A stretch of 64,000 nucleotides of DNA from an uncultured Gemmatimonadota bacterium (GTDB lineage Bacteria; Gemmatimonadota; CAZMKB01; CAZNLH01), in assembly GCA_964577985.1 (NCBI GenBank), contig CAZOAR010000006.1:10459-74458 (forward strand), given 5' to 3'. Within the stretch, counting starts at the first letter, position 1. Each line of letters opens with the position of its first letter. A program made the translations under genes and the position numbers. Below are positions 60,207 to 64,000 of this stretch, in pieces. The notes below the pieces were generated by a model, which saw only the letters and a program-made list of their open reading frames with translations, had not been told where the DNA came from and ran no database searches.

Positions 60207-60461
60207 TTAACTGGGGTAGACGCTGACTCTCTTTTTTCTCCGTCCAACTCTCTCAAAAGAGACTGTTCCATCGGTCACTGCATAAATAGTATAATCAGAG
60301 CCCATTTTGACATTAAGGCCCGGATGGATTTTCGTGCCGTGCTGCCGAATCAGAATGTTGCCGGCGGTAACCTTCTGGCCTCCGAATTTCTTTACTCCCA
60401 GCCTTTGTCCGGCACTGTCTCTCCCGTTCCTGGAGCTCCCCATTCCCTTCTTATGAGCCAT
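60207..60461 (-). CDS. rpmA: 50S ribosomal protein L27
   Basis: [16 protein letters not shown] ... canonical L27. Confidence 0.9.
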   Translation of the reverse strand: MAHKKGMGSSRNGRDSAGQRLGVKKFGGQKVTAGNILIRQHGTKIHPGLNVKMGSDYTIYAVTDGTVSFERVGRRKKRVSVYPS

Positions 60462-60492
60462 ATCTCTATTTCCTCACTCTGACCTTGAGCCG

Positions 60493-60900
60493 TCAATCCT
60501 GCCCATTTGACGCTTCCGCCTGCTTCTCGCCAGCTGCTTCAGGTTGTTTTTCAACAGCGGGAGCGGGTTTTGCCGCACTTGCTCCGGCAGGGACAACTAT
60601 GGATTTAACAATCACCTCGGTATAGCCCTGTCGATGTCCCTTCTTGAGATGGTAGTCCTTCCTTCTATTGTACTTGAATATCACACGTTTGTCTTCTCGC
60701 CCGTGACGCACGACCTCAACCCTTACCTGCGCTCCCCGCACAATCGGGCTGCCAGAATACTTCTTCTCGCCATCCGATAACAGCAGGATTTCAGATAGAG
60801 TCTCCTCTTCCCCGACCTTCAGAGGAAGAGTCGGCACCTTGATTCTCATCCCCTCGGTCACCTTGAACTGTTTTCCACCTGATCTGACGACAGCAAACAT
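60493..60900 (-). CDS. rplU: 50S ribosomal protein L21 (with Ala/Glu-rich C-terminal extension)
   Basis: MFAVVRSGGKQFKV canonical L21 N-terminus. Confidence 0.9.
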   Translation of the reverse strand: MFAVVRSGGKQFKVTEGMRIKVPTLPLKVGEEETLSEILLLSDGEKKYSGSPIVRGAQVRVEVVRHGREDKRVIFKYNRRKDYHLKKGHRQGYTEVIVKSIVVPAGASAAKPAPAVEKQPEAAGEKQAEASNGQD

Positions 60901-60968
60901 GATTCTTCACTACCTATCCATAAACGGTCTGGAAACACCCGGTTGCGTTCAATTCCACGAATCCAGCA

Positions 60969-60997
60969 ATATATACATCTACCCCTGAATTGTCAAG
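60969..60997 (-). promoter_or_regulatory. sigma70-type promoter for rplU-rpmA (-35 TTGACA, 17-nt spacer, -10 TATATT)
   Basis: Minus-strand read TTGACAattcaggggtagatgtaTATATT about 70 nt upstream of rplU; the -35 overlaps the rng stop codon. Confidence 0.5.
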
Positions 60998-62519
60998 CTA
61001 TAAATTTCTCCGAGATGTCTTTCCTGGAGGGAAGACTGAATATCTTGAAATCATCGACCTTCGCGAGCGGGTCATCCCTTATGGTTATGTCCAGCTTGAA
61101 CCTCTTCTCGAGTTGATTGAGGCAGTCCTTCTCCTCCTCAAGGATGAAAAGCGCCATTGAAGGGTGCATCGAGATCAGCAGAGAGTTCTCCTGCCCCATT
61201 GCTCCGATTCGCTGAATCGCTCTTTCCACTCGCCTTGACATCGTTGCCTTTGACAGAATCCTGCCATCTCCCATACAAGTCGGGCATGGCTGAGAGAGAT
61301 AATGGGTAAGCCCTGGTCGGGAGCGCTGCCTGGTCATCTCGATCAACCCGAGCCCGCTCACCTCAAATGCTTTCGTCCTTACCCTGTCTCTGCGCAGGTG
61401 CCGCCTCAACCTCTGGACAACCCGTTTCCGGTTCTCTTCCGACTCCATGTCGATAAAGTCGCAGACTATGATCCCACCCATATTCCTCAGGCGAAGCTGC
61501 CTCGATATTTCCTTTGCGGCATCAAGATTGGTTTTCAGGATGGTCTCTTCGGGATCCTTCTCGCCCGTATACTTGCCGGTATTGACATCGATCGAGATCA
61601 GGGCCTCAGTCTGCTCAATGATTATATAACCACCCGATTCGAGCCAGACCTTTCGATTAAAGGTCCTCACGACCTCATCTTCGATCCCGAAGGCATCGAA
61701 GATCGGGATCACGTCATCATAGACTCTGACCCTGTTGACAAGCTCCGGTGAAACCGTCTTGAGATAATTCTTTATTTCCTTGCTTTCTTCTTTTGAATCA
61801 ATGATCATGGAGTGGAATTCGCGGGAAAAAACATCCCTGATGAGGCCGGAAGTGAGTGTGGCCTCCTGATGTAATATCGCTGGAGCCCGGCAACTGCCGG
61901 CCTTCTTATGGATCTTCTTCCAGGTCGACGTGAGGGAGTTGACCTCTCTCTGGAAACTCTTTTGTGAGACCTCCTCACCTACGGTCCTGACAATGATGCC
62001 GCCCCCCTTCGGCTTGATCCTGGCTATCAGAGCCTTGAGACGTTTCCTCTCCTCGACATCATCTATCTTGCGCGACACACCAATGTGGGATACGAATGGC
62101 ATGTAGACCAGGAATCTTCCGGGGAGAGATATCTGCGTCGTCAGCCTCGGCCCCTTGGTACCTATCGGTTCCTTGGTTATCTGGACAAGGATTTCCTGAC
62201 CTTTTTTCAGCTGACTTTCGATTGTCGGATGTTTCTGGCCGCGCCCCCTGCCCCGTCTGTTCTGATAGCCGACATCAAAGTCATCAGACAGATCGGCAAC
62301 CATGTCAGAAGCGTGCAGAAAACCGCTTTTCTGGGTTCCGATATCTACAAAAGCTGCCTGCATTCCCGGAAGAACCGCCGACACAATCCCTTTGTAGATA
62401 TCTCCCAGGTGCCTTTCTTCTGCTTCCCGCTCAACATAGAGTTCTACTAATTCCTCATCCTCAAGGATGGCTAAGCGCGTCTCCTTCGAGGTTTTGTTGA
62501 TTAAGATTTCCCTCTTCAT
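60993..62519 (-). CDS. rng: Ribonuclease G (RNase E/G family)
   Basis: S1 domain N-terminus (ILINKTSKETRLAILEDEELVELYVE ... GDIYKGIV) and RNase E/G catalytic core. Confidence 0.85.
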   Translation of the reverse strand: MKREILINKTSKETRLAILEDEELVELYVEREAEERHLGDIYKGIVSAVLPGMQAAFVDIGTQKSGFLHASDMVADLSDDFDVGYQNRRGRGRGQKHPTIESQLKKGQEILVQITKEPIGTKGPRLTTQISLPGRFLVYMPFVSHIGVSRKIDDVEERKRLKALIARIKPKGGGIIVRTVGEEVSQKSFQREVNSLTSTWKKIHKKAGSCRAPAILHQEATLTSGLIRDVFSREFHSMIIDSKEESKEIKNYLKTVSPELVNRVRVYDDVIPIFDAFGIEDEVVRTFNRKVWLESGGYIIIEQTEALISIDVNTGKYTGEKDPEETILKTNLDAAKEISRQLRLRNMGGIIVCDFIDMESEENRKRVVQRLRRHLRRDRVRTKAFEVSGLGLIEMTRQRSRPGLTHYLSQPCPTCMGDGRILSKATMSRRVERAIQRIGAMGQENSLLISMHPSMALFILEEEKDCLNQLEKRFKLDITIRDDPLAKVDDFKIFSLPSRKDISEKFIA

Positions 62520-62680
62520 ATATCAAACCTTTTCTTTTAATCATGCACGAAAACTGATAAATATTCTTCACGATAATATGCACTCCGAGCCTATTGCTAT
62601 CGTATCCCGTTTCTGTTAACAATAAGCTGTCTCGATGAAATATCAAGTTCTTCGAGTGGTTCCGGAGGCCTCTCTCCGAC

Positions 62681-64000
62681 TCACTTGGACAGGACCATCT
62701 TCCTTGAAGATGACCAGTCCCCGGCAGTCAGCCGATAGATGTAGACTCCGCTCGGTAACGCTCTCTTTGAATCGTCCCTGCCGTCCCATGAATAGCTGTA
62801 ACGGCCGCCGTCGATCTCGCCTTCAAACAAGGTCCGCACGCGCCTCCCTCTCAAATCATAAACGTTGAGGCTGGCGGAGGACTCCTTCCGGGTGCCTCTC
62901 TCCGCAACTTCCGGAATCTCGAAGGAAATGGTGGTCCGGGGGTTGAACGGATTGGGATAGTTCTGTTTGAGATCAAACGACCTGGGAAGTGAGATGTCCG
63001 CTCCGCCATCACCGACGCCAGCCGGGTTCTCAACGGTCAGTTGAAAGACCTCGTTGCTCAACCCGTAAAAACCCTGGTCGTTATATGAATGCACCTTCCA
63101 GTAATGAGTCCCTGTGGTAAGGGTGTCAGACAGCGTATAACTCGTGGACTGGATATCCTCGACCACTACAGGGTCGGTGAACAGCGTATCAGAGTCAACC
63201 ATCAATTTGTACTTGACCGGACGGCCCTGTGGATCGGTCGATTCCGTCCAGCTGAAACCGACCTCAAATCCGGGCACTGTATCTCCATCCGAAGGTGTAG
63301 TCAGTGAGAAAGCCGCCGGAGTCAGATCGACTCCGGTCTCGTAAATAGCGCTCCAGACATCTATGAGCCCCGATCCGTACGAATTGTCGGGGTTCGAAGG
63401 CCTCGATGCCGTGGCCATCAACGCCTCCCTGATCTGCATAGGCCCCCACTGGGGATGGGCCTCCAGGACCAGCGCCGCGGAGCCGCCCACCAGGGGCGTC
63501 GAAAGCGAGGTTCCACCCATATATCCATAGCCGCCGCCCGAAGAGGCAGCATAGGTATCCACACCCCTCGCGACCACCTCCGGCTTTATCCTCGAGTCGT
63601 ACGTGGGGCCTCTGGAGCTGAAGCCCGCGATATCATCAGAAGGATCGACCGCTCCACACGCGATCATACTGTCAGCATCGGCCGGTGTCCACAGACTTCC
63701 GGATGACGGGCCCCAGTTGCCCATGGCGTTGCAGACCAGTATTCCTCGCCTTGCGGCATTGTCGATCGCTACGGAGATCACGGCCGTATTCCCGTCAAGA
63801 TCGCTGTAGCTGTAATCTGGCCCTCCTGATCCCTGCGGATCGAAGTCGAGATATGCGAGAGAGGCGCTCGCGATGTCCACACCCAGCGTGTCCGCCCACT
63901 CCAGCGCCGCAACATAGTTGTCCTCCTCCACGGGAGTCTCCGAGCTGATATCCTCGGTCTTCGCAAGCAGGAACGACGCGCCGTAGGCCGGACCTATCAG
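62681..64000 (-). CDS. Subtilisin-like (S8) serine peptidase with a T9SS (Por) C-terminal sorting domain; 5'-partial (continues beyond the window)
   Basis: Catalytic Ser motif GTSLSTPLVGG, oxyanion Asn region NAMGNWG. C-terminal 80-aa Por_Secre_tail (LKQNYPNPFNPRTTISFEI ... GVYIYRLTAGDWSSSRKMVLSK). The reading frame is open upstream of the GTG at 63931 to the window edge (..LIGPAYGASFLLAKTEDISSE..). Confidence 0.8.
   Translation of the reverse strand: MIGPAYGASFLLAKTEDISSETPVEEDNYVAALEWADTLGVDIASASLAYLDFDPQGSGGPDYSYSDLDGNTAVISVAIDNAARRGILVCNAMGNWGPSSGSLWTPADADSMIACGAVDPSDDIAGFSSRGPTYDSRIKPEVVARGVDTYAASSGGGYGYMGGTSLSTPLVGGSAALVLEAHPQWGPMQIREALMATASRPSNPDNSYGSGLIDVWSAIYETGVDLTPAAFSLTTPSDGDTVPGFEVGFSWTESTDPQGRPVKYKLMVDSDTLFTDPVVVEDIQSTSYTLSDTLTTGTHYWKVHSYNDQGFYGLSNEVFQLTVENPAGVGDGGADISLPRSFDLKQNYPNPFNPRTTISFEIPEVAERGTRKESSASLNVYDLRGRRVRTLFEGEIDGGRYSYSWDGRDDSKRALPSGVYIYRLTAGDWSSSRKMVLSK

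Overview
This 64 kb window is a GC-rich (about 55-60 % G+C by eye, not computed) bacterial chromosomal segment, densely coded and mostly on the minus strand. The terminal subtilisin-like peptidase carries a canonical type IX secretion (Por) C-terminal sorting domain, so the organism is probably a member of the FCB superphylum that also has a type II secretion system (T2SS).

Main contents, 5' to 3':
1. A complete 11-gene T2SS operon on the minus strand, in the order gspE-F-G-H-I-J-K-L-M-C-D. GspL is built like a PilM/PilN fusion, so gspL-M-C-D mirror the pilM-N-O-P-Q order.
2. tRNA-Leu(GAG) next to secG, as in E. coli secG-leuU.
3. A plus-strand module of two paralogous cysteine-free, Ser/Thr/Asn-rich type IV pilin genes, a third pilin copy that is 5'-truncated and frameshifted, and an 807-aa YfhO-family (GT-C fold) membrane glycosyltransferase. 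This module sits between secG and the otherwise conserved gap-pgk-tpiA glycolytic operon. It is the most interesting candidate here: a pilin plus pilin-glycosyltransferase cassette analogous to pilA-tfpW but with a different glycosyltransferase family.
4. A yip1-like/lgt/aroE/comF operon.
5. An SOS mutagenesis operon, lexA-dinB-dnaE2, with a strong sigma70 promoter and translational coupling between dinB and dnaE2.
6. Lon protease, an Hsp20 chaperone and an IMPACT/YigZ protein.
7. A branched-chain amino acid / butyryl-CoA catabolic cluster: leucine dehydrogenase, three acyl-CoA dehydrogenases, hbd, thiolase, crotonase, a stand-alone B12-binding mutase subunit with MeaB, and an uncharacterised 297-aa protein.
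8. The classic rnc-fabF-acpP-fabG-fabD-fabH-plsX-rpmF-yceD cluster, then ndk, sucCD, carbamate kinase with an unusual P-loop protein, a phosphoglucomutase/phosphomannomutase, mdh, rplU-rpmA and RNase G.

No CRISPR array, IS element or rRNA gene was seen.
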